DNA from: Minisyncoccota bacterium
Lineage (GTDB): Bacteria > Patescibacteriota > Minisyncoccia > Phycocordibacterales > UBA9973
DNA length: 64,000 nt
Direction of reading: 5' to 3'
NCBI GenBank assembly: GCA_041665885.1
Contig: JBAYHY010000001.1
Location: forward strand, 5,715 to 69,714
Shown here piece after piece: positions 35,377 through 44,490 of the stretch (the first letter of the stretch is position 1; the number at the start of each line of letters is the position of its first letter). The notes under the pieces are model-generated. The model was not told where the DNA came from. It saw nothing but the letters and a program-made list of their open reading frames with translations, and ran no database searches. Both the position numbers and the translations under genes were made by a program.

Positions 35377-36552
35377 TTATTTCTGCAAAATTTTGGGCTG
35401 TAAGAAAATAAAAGTTCCCATTGCGATGAGTGCAATGAAGGCCGCGAAAATAAAAGCGTAAATAGGATTGAAAATCCACAAGAGACCGGCAATAGCTGAA
35501 GCAGGGAGATAAACGAGGCCGGTGACAAAATTATACATGCCGATGGCCGTCGCCCGCCTGTCTTGCTCAATATCAGAAATATAGGCTTTGCTTTGCGCCT
35601 CGTCGATAGCGTAGAAAAAACCAAACAAGACAAACAAAACAATTATTTCCCACCTGGCCTTCACAAAAATAAAGCCCAAAGACATTACTATATAAATTAA
35701 ATATTCCAAAACAATAATATACTTTCTACCTATCCAGTCCCCGAGTTTGCCGATCGGCACCGAAAATGCCACAAAGGAAATATTAAAGAGAGCATAAAGC
35801 AACACCACATCTTTTATGGAGAAGCCCACGTCATAAGCCCGAAGCAATAGAAAACTAAAACTAAAATATGCCAAGGAAAAAATCCCAGCCGGAATAAGAA
35901 AAAGCTTGAAGCCTTTACTCAAGGCCCCCCAAGCCTTAAATATATTCTCCCTTTCATGTGGAGTGCCCGGCCGATCCTTCATTAAACAAAGAACCGCCAC
36001 CGCTGCTACGGCGCCAACAACGGCGATAATAAAAATTATACGAAAAGTACCCACGCTCTGACCCAAATACAAAAGAATGAAATAGGCAATAAGTGGTCCG
36101 ACGACAGCTCCTGCTTTATCCATGGCCTTATGGAGACCAAAGGTGTATCCCCTGTTGGATTCTTCCGCCACGGCAGAAAGCCAGGCGTCTCTCGGAGGCC
36201 CTCGAAAGCTTTTTCCCAAACGCTCTATCACCCTAAATAAGGCAAGAGCAAAAACAGAACTCCCTAGAAGCAACATTGTTTTTGCTACCGTCGAAAAACC
36301 GTAACCGGTCATGGCCAATGGTTTTCTTTTTCCTGATTTATCAGACAACCAACCCGCAAAATAATCCAAGGAAGAAGCGGAAAAGTCCGCCATACCCTCA
36401 ATCAAACCAAGGAGCGAAGCGGAGGCGCCTACTATCACCGTAAAAAAAATCGAAAAAACAGAAAAGACAGATTCCGAACTTATGTCCGTCAAAAAACTGA
36501 CAAGGCCTAATTTCAAAACGTCCGGATCAACATTCAAAAATCTTTTTTTCAT
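35377..36552 (-). CDS. MFS transporter
   Basis: 391 aa with 12 predicted TM segments and MFS loop motifs (GWLSDKSGKRKP). Confidence 0.8.
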   Translation of the reverse strand: MKKRFLNVDPDVLKLGLVSFLTDISSESVFSVFSIFFTVIVGASASLLGLIEGMADFSASSLDYFAGWLSDKSGKRKPLAMTGYGFSTVAKTMLLLGSSVFALALFRVIERLGKSFRGPPRDAWLSAVAEESNRGYTFGLHKAMDKAGAVVGPLIAYFILLYLGQSVGTFRIIFIIAVVGAVAAVAVLCLMKDRPGTPHERENIFKAWGALSKGFKLFLIPAGIFSLAYFSFSFLLLRAYDVGFSIKDVVLLYALFNISFVAFSVPIGKLGDWIGRKYIIVLEYLIYIVMSLGFIFVKARWEIIVLFVLFGFFYAIDEAQSKAYISDIEQDRRATAIGMYNFVTGLVYLPASAIAGLLWIFNPIYAFIFAAFIALIAMGTFIFLQPKILQK

Positions 36553-36719
36553 CTTTTAATTATAACAAGAAATAATGAGTGCGGATAGATTTATATATTT
36601 ATAAATTTTTTGTCTCCTTGACGTTAACTTCCGATGTGTGCATAATATACATACTAAGTTCTTTCCAACGAGGTTCTGCGGATCTAAGGGTCCTTAAAAC
36701 AGGAAAAAAGGAGGAGACG

Positions 36720-37088
36720 ATGCTGCTAACGTCAGAGGTTCTTAGAACATTCAAGGAAGGTACCATGGTGATGGAAAACAAGAAGAACGAGTACTTCGCT
36801 CGAGGCAAGGTGATGAACCTCACAGTCACCGGCAATAAACTCGAGATAACCTTCCTTCTTTTTGCCTTCGGGTGGACCACGGGGAGGATTGACTTCCCCA
36901 CAATGCCACAAGAATGGGTCCTGGCCGTCGACAAGCGCTTTCTTTCGTGGGTGGTGGACCTAAACAACTACACGTCCAAGGACACCGACCCTCTGTCGGG
37001 GGATATTTCCTTCGACGAAGAAGGAAATTTCACGATGGTCTCCCTAGACCACAATCAAAAAATCTTGTTTCGCCCACTAGCCAAGTAG
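36720..37088 (+). CDS. Hypothetical small protein (GC-elevated, own promoter/SD/terminator)
   Basis: 122 aa from the ATG preceded by AAGGAGG-N6. The promoter TTGACG-17-CATAAT lies at 36626-36654 and a terminator follows. The track ORF starts at 36579. Confidence 0.45.
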   Translation: MLLTSEVLRTFKEGTMVMENKKNEYFARGKVMNLTVTGNKLEITFLLFAFGWTTGRIDFPTMPQEWVLAVDKRFLSWVVDLNNYTSKDTDPLSGDISFDEEGNFTMVSLDHNQKILFRPLAK

Positions 37089-37117
37089 AGCTATCGGGCC
37101 AAACAAAAATGACAAAA

Positions 37118-37148
37118 CCCCCGCCAACCCAGGCGGGGGATATTTTTT
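37118..37148 (+). terminator. Intrinsic terminator CCCCCGCC-aaccca-GGCGGGGG + T7
   Basis: Seen directly. Confidence 0.7.
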
Positions 37149-37388
37149 GGGACCCTACCGGACTTCTTTCCCTACGGGAACAGTATACCTTTTCAAATAG
37201 TTAATTTTGTATGCTTCGCATTCTGAATTTATGTGGTCACAAGTTACTAAATAAAATTTTTCGATATCCTCAAATTTTATGTAAGTACTTGCCGACCCCA
37301 GCTCGGCTATTCGCGTACTCGCGAATTATGCCTGTGCCTTCACAAACGGCTCGCAAATAAAGCAGTTTATTTGGCTTTGCGCCGTTTG

Positions 37389-37460
37389 TGACCCTACCGG
37401 GAATCGAACCCGAATTACCGGCTTGAAAAGCCGATGTCCTAACCGTTAGACGATAGGGCC
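37389..37460 (-). tRNA. tRNA-Glu (anticodon UUC)
   Basis: Identical to the tRNA-Glu(CUC) at 16391-16462 except in the anticodon arm. The anticodon loop is UUUUCAA. Confidence 0.85.
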
Positions 37461-37494
37461 AATTTCACACACACAAATATCTTACTCCTCTATT

Positions 37495-37556
37495 CTATTC
37501 AGCTTTTCAAAAAGCCGATGTCCACTATGTTCTAACTTGGTTAGACGATAGGGCCA
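37495..37556 (-). repeat. tRNA-Glu 5'-half pseudo-copy directly upstream (same strand) of tRNA-Glu(UUC)
   Basis: The minus strand reads GGCCCUAUCGUCUAAC..ACAUCGGCUUUUUGAAAAGC, with the first 16 nt identical to the tRNA 5' end. The upstream flank AATATAACATTTTT is also shared with the tRNA-Glu(CUC) locus. Confidence 0.6.
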
Positions 37557-37615
37557 ATACAAAAAATATAACATTTTTAAACTTAAATGCAAAACTTAAA
37601 AAAATATAAAATCTA

Positions 37616-38389
37616 GTGTATAATCATGAGCACATGAACAAAAAAGATACAATAAAAATAATCATCCTGGCAGCAGGCAAGGGTACGAGGATGAAAAGCG
37701 AATTACCAAAAGCTCTAGTAAGAGTCAAAGGCAAGGCAATGATTAGACACCTACTTGATTCTATTGATAAATCCAAAATAAATAGTAAGCCGGTGATCGT
37801 TGTTGGTTTCGAAAAAGAAAAAATAATGGCCGAGCTCGGTCCGAATTATGATTATGCTGTGCAAAAAGAGCTACTGGGAACGGGGCACGCTGTCCAAAGC
37901 GCAGAAGAATTACTCCGGGACAATTCAGCTCATGTGCTCGTCTTGTATAGCGATAGTCCATTTGTAAGCCCGGAAACCATTGATCGTTTGATGGATAAAC
38001 ACCTCGCATCAAATAAAAAAATAACAATGGCCACAATCAAACTTGAGAATTTTGACGACTGGAGAGCCTTTTTTTACAAAAGTTTCTCTCGGATTATCAG
38101 AAACGAAAATAACGAAATCGTGCGCGATGTCCAATTCCGAGACACCAATATGGAAGAAAAGACGATTACGGAAGTTAACCCATGCTACTTTATCTTTGAG
38201 TCCGGATGGCTTTGGAAAAAATTAAAAACCCTAAAAACAGACAACGACCAAAATCAATATTACCTTACCGATTTAATCAAAATAGCCATGGAAGAAGGAG
38301 AAAAAATAGAATCCGTAAACATTGATCCCTTGGAAGGTCTTTCCGTGAACTCAAAAGAAGAGCTTGAACTACTGGAAAAATTAAAATAG
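37616..38389 (+). CDS. Sugar-phosphate nucleotidyltransferase (GlmU N-terminal domain-like)
   Basis: The IIILAAGKGTRMKSELPKAL motif is present. The likely true start is MNKKD at 37634. Confidence 0.7.
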   Translation: MYNHEHMNKKDTIKIIILAAGKGTRMKSELPKALVRVKGKAMIRHLLDSIDKSKINSKPVIVVGFEKEKIMAELGPNYDYAVQKELLGTGHAVQSAEELLRDNSAHVLVLYSDSPFVSPETIDRLMDKHLASNKKITMATIKLENFDDWRAFFYKSFSRIIRNENNEIVRDVQFRDTNMEEKTITEVNPCYFIFESGWLWKKLKTLKTDNDQNQYYLTDLIKIAMEEGEKIESVNIDPLEGLSVNSKEELELLEKLK

Positions 38390-38432
38390 AAAATTACTTG
38401 ACAAAGAAAATGAACAGGTATATCATTCAAAC

Positions 38433-38705
38433 ATGCGCTTGAATGATTTAGCCAAACTTATGCGAATAGCAGGAGATAAAAGCAGGCTCAACATCCTGTG
38501 CGTTCTTTTCAGCAATAAAAAGGTCTGTGTATCTGATATTGCGAAAGACCTAGACATGAGCGTCGCCACCGCCTCGCACCACCTGCGCGTTATGTCCAAG
38601 GAAAAACTAGTCATTCCTGTCAGAGAAGGCAAAAGAGTGTGTTATGCCCTACCCCAGAAACCCTTTGCCCAAGATTTAAAAAAATTCGTTTGTAAATATA
38701 AATAG
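38433..38705 (+). CDS. ArsR/SmtB family transcriptional regulator
   Basis: 90 aa with a wHTH (VSDIAKDLDMSVATASHHLRVM). Confidence 0.8.
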   Translation: MRLNDLAKLMRIAGDKSRLNILCVLFSNKKVCVSDIAKDLDMSVATASHHLRVMSKEKLVIPVREGKRVCYALPQKPFAQDLKKFVCKYK

Positions 38706-38745
38706 CGTCGAAATATTAGCAGTTAACATTAATTAAAATAAATAT

Positions 38746-38985
38746 ATGGAGAATAAAAAAGTTATAATATATTCAACCACCACTTGCCCATATTGTGTAA
38801 TGGCAAAGGATTACTTTAAGAAAAAGGGCGTGGCCTACGAAGACAAAAATGTCGGCGTGGATAGAGCGGCCGGACAAGAAATGGTAACAAAAAGCGGACA
38901 AATGGGTGTCCCCGTTATCGACATAAATGGTGAAATTATAGTTGGGTTTCAACCAGAAGTATTCGAGGAATTATTAAATAAATAA
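38746..38985 (+). CDS. Glutaredoxin-like protein (CPYC)
   Basis: 79 aa with a TCPYC motif and the C-terminal GVPVIDINGEIIVGF. Confidence 0.8.
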   Translation: MENKKVIIYSTTTCPYCVMAKDYFKKKGVAYEDKNVGVDRAAGQEMVTKSGQMGVPVIDINGEIIVGFQPEVFEELLNK

Positions 38986-38993
38986 AAATAAAT

Positions 38994-40214
38994 ATGCAAA
39001 ATCCTTTTCAAAATGCAATGGCGCAGTTAGACAAGGTCGCAAAGATTAAAGACTTTGGCAATGAATATATCTCCCGTTTTAGGCAACCAAATCGTGACAT
39101 TAGAATATCTATCCCAGTAAAAATGGACGATGGTTCGTTGAAGATATTCGAGGGATATCGAGTGGAATACAATGATGCCCTGGGCCCCTACAAAGGAGGA
39201 ATCCGCTATCATCACGACACCGAAATAAATGAGGTGAAGGCACTCGCTTTCTGGATGACAATAAAATGCGCCGTCGCAGGAATCCCTATGGGTGGAGGCA
39301 AGGGAGGAATCACCGTCGACCCAAAAGAATTATCTAAAGGTGAACTGGAGAGGCTTTCTCGCGGCTGGGTGCAAGGACTTTCTGATATATTGGGCCCCCA
39401 CAAAGACGTTCCTGCTCCGGATGTAAACACCACCCCAGAGATAATGGCTTGGATGTCTGACGAATTTGAAAAAATTACCGGAGACAAGACTAGAGCAACC
39501 TTCACGGGCAAGCCAATAGAAAATGGCGGTTCGGAGGGACGTGGCGCAGCTACGGGGCTCGGAGGATTTTATGTTTTTGATTCATTGCGTGAACAAATCG
39601 GGCTACCGGTAAAATGTAAGGTCGCGATTCAGGGTTTTGGAAATGTCGGCAGCAATGCCGCCCGCATCTTTACGGAAAACGGGCATACTGTTATCGCTGT
39701 TTCTGATTCAAAGAGCGCAATCGTGAAAGAAGATGGGCTTAATTTAGAAGAAGTTGAGGCACACAAAAAAACTACCGGTAGTTTGAAAGACTTTCCGGGA
39801 GCAAAAAATATTACAAACGCTGAGTTGCTTGAGCTCTCCTGCGACCTCTTGGTACCGGCTGCATTTGAAAACGTAATAACTAGTGAAAATGCCGATAAAA
39901 TCAAGGCTACGGCGATTATGGAGCTCGCCAATGGCCCGATAAACCCTGAGGCAGACGAGGTTTTGTTCAAGAAAAACATCGCCGTCATCCCAGACGTTTT
40001 AGCTAATTCGGGCGGAGTCACTGTTTCCTATTTCGAGTGGGATCAAAATCTTAAAAATGAATCCTGGACGGAAAAAGAAGTAAACGAAAAACTATTGCCA
40101 ATGATGGACGCCGCTGCCCAAAAAATATTCGACAAGGCAAAAGAAAACAATACACATTTGCGTATGGGTGCTTTCATCCTAGCCCTTGAAAGAATTAAGG
40201 AAAAAATGCTATAA
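38994..40214 (+). CDS. gdhA: Glutamate dehydrogenase (Glu/Leu/Phe/Val dehydrogenase family)
   Basis: The catalytic region PMGGGKGG and the NAD(P) motif GFGNVG are present. Confidence 0.9.
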   Translation: MQNPFQNAMAQLDKVAKIKDFGNEYISRFRQPNRDIRISIPVKMDDGSLKIFEGYRVEYNDALGPYKGGIRYHHDTEINEVKALAFWMTIKCAVAGIPMGGGKGGITVDPKELSKGELERLSRGWVQGLSDILGPHKDVPAPDVNTTPEIMAWMSDEFEKITGDKTRATFTGKPIENGGSEGRGAATGLGGFYVFDSLREQIGLPVKCKVAIQGFGNVGSNAARIFTENGHTVIAVSDSKSAIVKEDGLNLEEVEAHKKTTGSLKDFPGAKNITNAELLELSCDLLVPAAFENVITSENADKIKATAIMELANGPINPEADEVLFKKNIAVIPDVLANSGGVTVSYFEWDQNLKNESWTEKEVNEKLLPMMDAAAQKIFDKAKENNTHLRMGAFILALERIKEKML

Positions 40215-40224
40215 ATATATAGCG

Positions 40225-40366
40225 GCGCGGTTAGCTCAGTTGTAGCGACGCCTGAAATACGCTGTAATTTTCATTTTATGATAAGATGAAAATTTGCGCG
40301 GTTAGCTCAATTGTAGCGACGCCTGAAATACGCTGTAATTTTCATTTTATGATAAGATGAAAATTT
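40225..40366 (+). repeat. Two tandem 71-nt repeats, each a degraded copy of the tRNA-Val 5' half plus a 9-bp-stem hairpin (AATTTTCAT...ATGAAAATT)
   Basis: Each unit (40225-40295 and 40296-40366) starts with gcgcggttagctca(g/a)ttg, which is identical to the tRNA-Val 5' end. Confidence 0.7.
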
Positions 40367-40439
40367 GCGCGGTTAGCTCAGTTGGTAGAGCGACCCCTTG
40401 ACGTGGGGTAGGCCACAGGTTCGAATCCTGTATCGCGCA
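40367..40439 (+). tRNA. tRNA-Val (anticodon GAC)
   Basis: The acceptor stem is GCGCGGU, the anticodon loop UUGACGU, and the T-loop UUCGAAU. The 3' trailer is ACCCA. Confidence 0.85.
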
Positions 40440-40465
40440 CCCACAAGATAAGGTAGAATTTATTT

Positions 40466-41620
40466 ATGAAAATTTTAAGCATAGAAACATCTTGCGATGA
40501 CACGGGAATAAGCATAATAGAAGCAAAAGGAGGCATTGAAGATGCTTCTTTTAAAGTTTTGGCAAATAATGTATCTTCACAAATTGACATTCACATCCCC
40601 TACGGAGGGGTATTTCCGGCGCTTGCCAAAAGAGAACATATAAAAAACTTACCTATTATTTTAGAAAAAACTCTTAAGGAGGCAAAACTAAATAAAAAAA
40701 CAAAACCTGTCGATCTTATCACGGTGACTTATGGTCCGGGTCTAGAGCCGACCCTCTGGACCGGGATAACTTTTGCGAAAGAACTTGCACAAAAATGGAA
40801 TGTGCCGGTAATGCCTGTGAATCATATGGAGGGACACATATTTTCTGTCTTTGTAAATAATAAAAAAACTTTCAAAATTCCAAAAATAAAATATCCGGTT
40901 CTTTCCTTGCTCGTATCTGGGGGCCATACGGAACTTGTCCTAACAAAAAAATGGATGAATTATGAAATCATCGGGCAAACCCTAGACGATGCTGTTGGTG
41001 AAGCTTTTGACAAGGCTGCAAGGATGCTCGGCCTCCCCTATCCGGGCGGACCACAAATTTCCATGCTGGCAGAATTGCTAAGAAAAAAAGGAAAACAATC
41101 TTTAGGGGGTGTCTCGCAGGCTGGCGAGCCGAGAGGCAGCGCTCCGCGAGCACGCGGAGACAGCGACCCCAAAAAGATTGATTTTTCTTTTTCTCTCCCC
41201 CGCCCGATGCTGCACAGCAAAAATTTTGATTTTTCTTTTTCCGGACTCAAAACAGCAGTTCTATATTTAGTGAGAGACCTTGGCTCTGTGGAAAAACTAA
41301 GCAAAAAGACAAAAGCGAAAATAGCCCTTGAGTTCGAGAATGCTGCGATAGAATCCCTGGTCCACAAGACAACCAAGGCGATTGAGAAATACAAAATCAA
41401 AACCCTTATCGTCGCAGGCGGAGTTTCGGCAAACAAATATTTAAGAGATGAGATGCAAAAAATTACCGACAAAAATGTAAAACTTTTATTACCTCAAAAA
41501 GAGCTCACCGGAGATAACTCCTTAATGATAGGTGTCGCTGGATATTTAAATTATATAAAAAACAAAAAAAGGGTTCCTCCGGCAAATAACATAAAAGCGA
41601 CTGGTAATTTAAGGCTATAA
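40466..41620 (+). CDS. tsaD: tRNA N6-adenosine threonylcarbamoyltransferase TsaD, carrying an in-frame GC-rich ~30-codon insertion
   Basis: The TsaD N-terminus (ILSIETSCDDTGISII), the HMEGH motif and DFSFSGLKTAV are present. An extra GKQSLGGVSQAGEPRGSAPRARGDSDPKK lies between GGP and the FPRPM-equivalent. Confidence 0.9.
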   Translation: MKILSIETSCDDTGISIIEAKGGIEDASFKVLANNVSSQIDIHIPYGGVFPALAKREHIKNLPIILEKTLKEAKLNKKTKPVDLITVTYGPGLEPTLWTGITFAKELAQKWNVPVMPVNHMEGHIFSVFVNNKKTFKIPKIKYPVLSLLVSGGHTELVLTKKWMNYEIIGQTLDDAVGEAFDKAARMLGLPYPGGPQISMLAELLRKKGKQSLGGVSQAGEPRGSAPRARGDSDPKKIDFSFSLPRPMLHSKNFDFSFSGLKTAVLYLVRDLGSVEKLSKKTKAKIALEFENAAIESLVHKTTKAIEKYKIKTLIVAGGVSANKYLRDEMQKITDKNVKLLLPQKELTGDNSLMIGVAGYLNYIKNKKRVPPANNIKATGNLRL

Positions 41621-41637
41621 TGTGATAATATTGAAAG

Positions 41638-43779
41638 ATGAATGAGAAGCTGCTTAAACCCTATGACCCAAAAACAACCGAAGAAAGAATCTATAAGCTT
41701 TGGGAGGAAAGTGGTTTTTTTAACCCAGACACATGCATAGAAAATGGAATAACCAAAACGGACGCCGAACCTTTCTCGATAATAATGCCACCGCCAAATG
41801 CTAATGGCAGATTACATGCAGGTCACGCCCTGTTCGTAACTCTTGAAGATATTATTACCCGATACCACCGCATGAAAGGTGATCGCACGCTTTGGGTTCC
41901 CGGAGCGGATCACGCAGGCTTTGAAACTCAAATAGTTTACGAACGTAAACTGGAGAATGAAGGAAGATCTCGATTCGACATGAAACCTGAGGATCTGTAT
42001 AAAGAGATTTATGATTTTACCATTGCCAATAAAAAATTCATGGAAGATGACGTTCGCAGACTCGGGGCCTCCTGCGACTGGTCCAGAGAGAAATTTACTC
42101 TAGATCCGGAGATTGTTAAAACGGTTCAAATTACTTTTGATAAAATGTTCAAAGACGGACTGGTTTACCGTGGAGATCGGATCGTCAACTGGTGCGCTAA
42201 ACATCAAACTTCCCTCTCTGAAGTTGAAACAGAATTCAAAGAACGAATAGAACCATTTTATTATCTCCAATACGGTCCATTCGTCATAGGGACGACCAGG
42301 CCCGAAACAAAATTTGGAGATAAATATGTCGTCATGCACCCAAAGGATGAAAGATACAGTGAGTATAAAGACGGACAAAAAATATCCCTGGAATGGATTA
42401 ATGGTCCTATCACGGCCGCCATCATTAAGGATGAAAGTATTGATATGGAATTCGGCACAGGGGTGATGACGATTACTCCCTGGCACGACCAGATTGACTT
42501 CGACATCGCAGAAAGACACCATCTGGAAAAAGAACAAATTATAGACTGGAAAGGAAAGCTCCTCCCGGTGGCGGGAGAATTTGAGGGTCTCCACATTTCC
42601 AAGGCACGCCCTAAAATTATAGAAAAACTAAAAGAAAAAGGGCTTCTGGTAAAAATCGATGAATCCTACAAGCACAATGTGAAAGTGTGTTTTAAGTGCA
42701 ATACTATCATAGAGCCACAAATTAAGGACCAATGGTTCGTCAAAATGCGCCCACTCGCGGATAGGGCGCTCGAAGCAGTGGCCAGCGGAAAAATAAAGTT
42801 TTATCCGGAAAACTATAAAAAGATATTCCAGTATTGGATGAACAACACAATTGACTGGAACATCTCAAGACAAATCGTCTGGGGTATTCCCATTCCAGCA
42901 AAAATATGTACGACCTGCAAGAAGGGATATTCTGACTTGAAGGATGAAGTAAAGAAATGTACTTGCGGAGGAGAGCTCCGAAAAGACACAGACACCTTTG
43001 ATACCTGGTTTTCATCAGGACAATGGACTCTTTTAGCTTTAGGGTATCCGGAAACGAAAGATTTAAATATTTATCATCCGACCAACGTCATGGAAACGGG
43101 GCGGGATTTGATTTTCAAATGGATTCCGAGAATGGTTATCTTTGCCTTATATCTTCGCGAAGAGATTGCTTTTAAAAATGTCTATCTTCATGGTCTAGTC
43201 AACGATGAGAAGGGCGAGAAAATGAGTAAATCCAAGGGTAATGTAGTCAATCCAATCGAGCTTATAGATGTCTTTGGCGCCGACGCCCTACGCATGGCAC
43301 TCGTCGTAGGAAACACCCCGGGCACCGATTTATCCCTCTCTCGAGATAGAATTAAAGGATATAAAAATTTTACAAACAAAATTTGGAATGCTACTCGTTT
43401 CGTATTACAAAATACTGAGGGTTTTGAGGTTAAAGATAACCCTGATTATGACGAGGAAGATAAAAAATCAAACGAGGAATTGCAAAAACTAATCAACGAA
43501 ATTACTAAAGAAATGGATGAATACAAATTTTATATTGTATCGGAAAAACTTTATCATTATTTCTGGCATATTTTCGCTGATATCATTATCGAAAGATCGA
43601 AGAAAAAAATATCAGAGAACAATAATGCTGATTCCGCAAAAGCGTTATTGTATACACATCTTGTTACCCTCCTCAAGGTCCTGCATCCTTTTGTTCCATT
43701 CGTCACAGAAGAAATCTGGTCGATATTGCCTGAAAAAAATAAAAAACATTTAATGGTTGAAAAATGGCCCCTGTTATAG
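41638..43779 (+). CDS. valS: Valine--tRNA ligase (short form lacking long C-terminal coiled coil)
   Basis: The HIGH motif (PNANGRLHAGH), the KMSKS motif, and a CP1 editing domain are present. Confidence 0.9.
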   Translation: MNEKLLKPYDPKTTEERIYKLWEESGFFNPDTCIENGITKTDAEPFSIIMPPPNANGRLHAGHALFVTLEDIITRYHRMKGDRTLWVPGADHAGFETQIVYERKLENEGRSRFDMKPEDLYKEIYDFTIANKKFMEDDVRRLGASCDWSREKFTLDPEIVKTVQITFDKMFKDGLVYRGDRIVNWCAKHQTSLSEVETEFKERIEPFYYLQYGPFVIGTTRPETKFGDKYVVMHPKDERYSEYKDGQKISLEWINGPITAAIIKDESIDMEFGTGVMTITPWHDQIDFDIAERHHLEKEQIIDWKGKLLPVAGEFEGLHISKARPKIIEKLKEKGLLVKIDESYKHNVKVCFKCNTIIEPQIKDQWFVKMRPLADRALEAVASGKIKFYPENYKKIFQYWMNNTIDWNISRQIVWGIPIPAKICTTCKKGYSDLKDEVKKCTCGGELRKDTDTFDTWFSSGQWTLLALGYPETKDLNIYHPTNVMETGRDLIFKWIPRMVIFALYLREEIAFKNVYLHGLVNDEKGEKMSKSKGNVVNPIELIDVFGADALRMALVVGNTPGTDLSLSRDRIKGYKNFTNKIWNATRFVLQNTEGFEVKDNPDYDEEDKKSNEELQKLINEITKEMDEYKFYIVSEKLYHYFWHIFADIIIERSKKKISENNNADSAKALLYTHLVTLLKVLHPFVPFVTEEIWSILPEKNKKHLMVEKWPLL

Positions 43780-44483
43780 GTAATCCTCAAATTTTAATTT
43801 TAGCTTTTGCCCTAGGGATTATTCCTTCTCTTTTGTGGTTGTGGTTCTGGTTAAAAGAGCAAGAGGATCCGGAACCAATGGGGCTACTCACTGCCACGTT
43901 TATTATGGGGATGATTGCTGTTATTTTCGTTTTACCTGTCCAAAAATTTATACAAAGCAGTGTAAGTTCTGCCAATGTTGATCTCGTCCTCTGGGCCGGA
44001 ACAGAGGAAATATTCAAGTATCTAGCCGTTTTGGTTGTTCTTTACAAAACAAATTATGCCGACAGGCCCATAGATTGGCCCATTTATCTTATCACCGCTG
44101 CCCTTGGCTTTGCCACCCTTGAAAATGCCCTATTTTTAATCAAACCCCTTTCTACCTTAAATGAAACCACTAGTCTGCTTACCGTAGCCTCACTCGGGCA
44201 ACTCCGTTTTTTGGGCTCCACCCTACTGCACACCATCTCAAGCGGAACAGTCGGCATCGCAATAGGAATTTCTTTTTACTTGGAGGGGTGGAAGAAAAAA
44301 TGGTATCTTTTTGCCGGCTTTGGCGTGGCTATCGCCTTGCATACTGTCTTTAATTTTTTTATAATAAGAAATAATGGCAATGATTTTTTGAAGGTGTTTG
44401 CCTTTCTGTGGGTAATCACAATTATCATTATGTTGCTTTTTGAAAAAGTAAGAAGGATGAATGAACAATTATTAATTAACTAA
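43764..44483 (+). CDS. PrsW-family intramembrane metalloprotease
   Basis: Polytopic protein with EEIFKY (EExxK), FATLEN, and HTVFNFF (HxxxN) motifs. Confidence 0.6.
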   Translation: MAPVIGNPQILILAFALGIIPSLLWLWFWLKEQEDPEPMGLLTATFIMGMIAVIFVLPVQKFIQSSVSSANVDLVLWAGTEEIFKYLAVLVVLYKTNYADRPIDWPIYLITAALGFATLENALFLIKPLSTLNETTSLLTVASLGQLRFLGSTLLHTISSGTVGIAIGISFYLEGWKKKWYLFAGFGVAIALHTVFNFFIIRNNGNDFLKVFAFLWVITIIIMLLFEKVRRMNEQLLIN

Positions 44484-44490
44484 TTAAATT

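Noticed and set aside
16391-37460. The two near-identical tRNA-Glu genes as att sites bounding a 21-kb integrated element
   Set aside because: Both are complete isoacceptor genes (CUC and UUC). The interval holds core genes (dcw cluster, ftsA/ftsZ, lysS, greA, trxB), so it is not an island.
41177-41237. Direct repeat ttgatttttctttttc (encoding DFSFS twice) as a target-site duplication flanking the tsaD insertion
   Set aside because: The repeated peptide motif is native TsaD sequence (E. coli has RFVF...DFSFSGLK at the same positions). It is also not positioned to flank the GC-rich insert.
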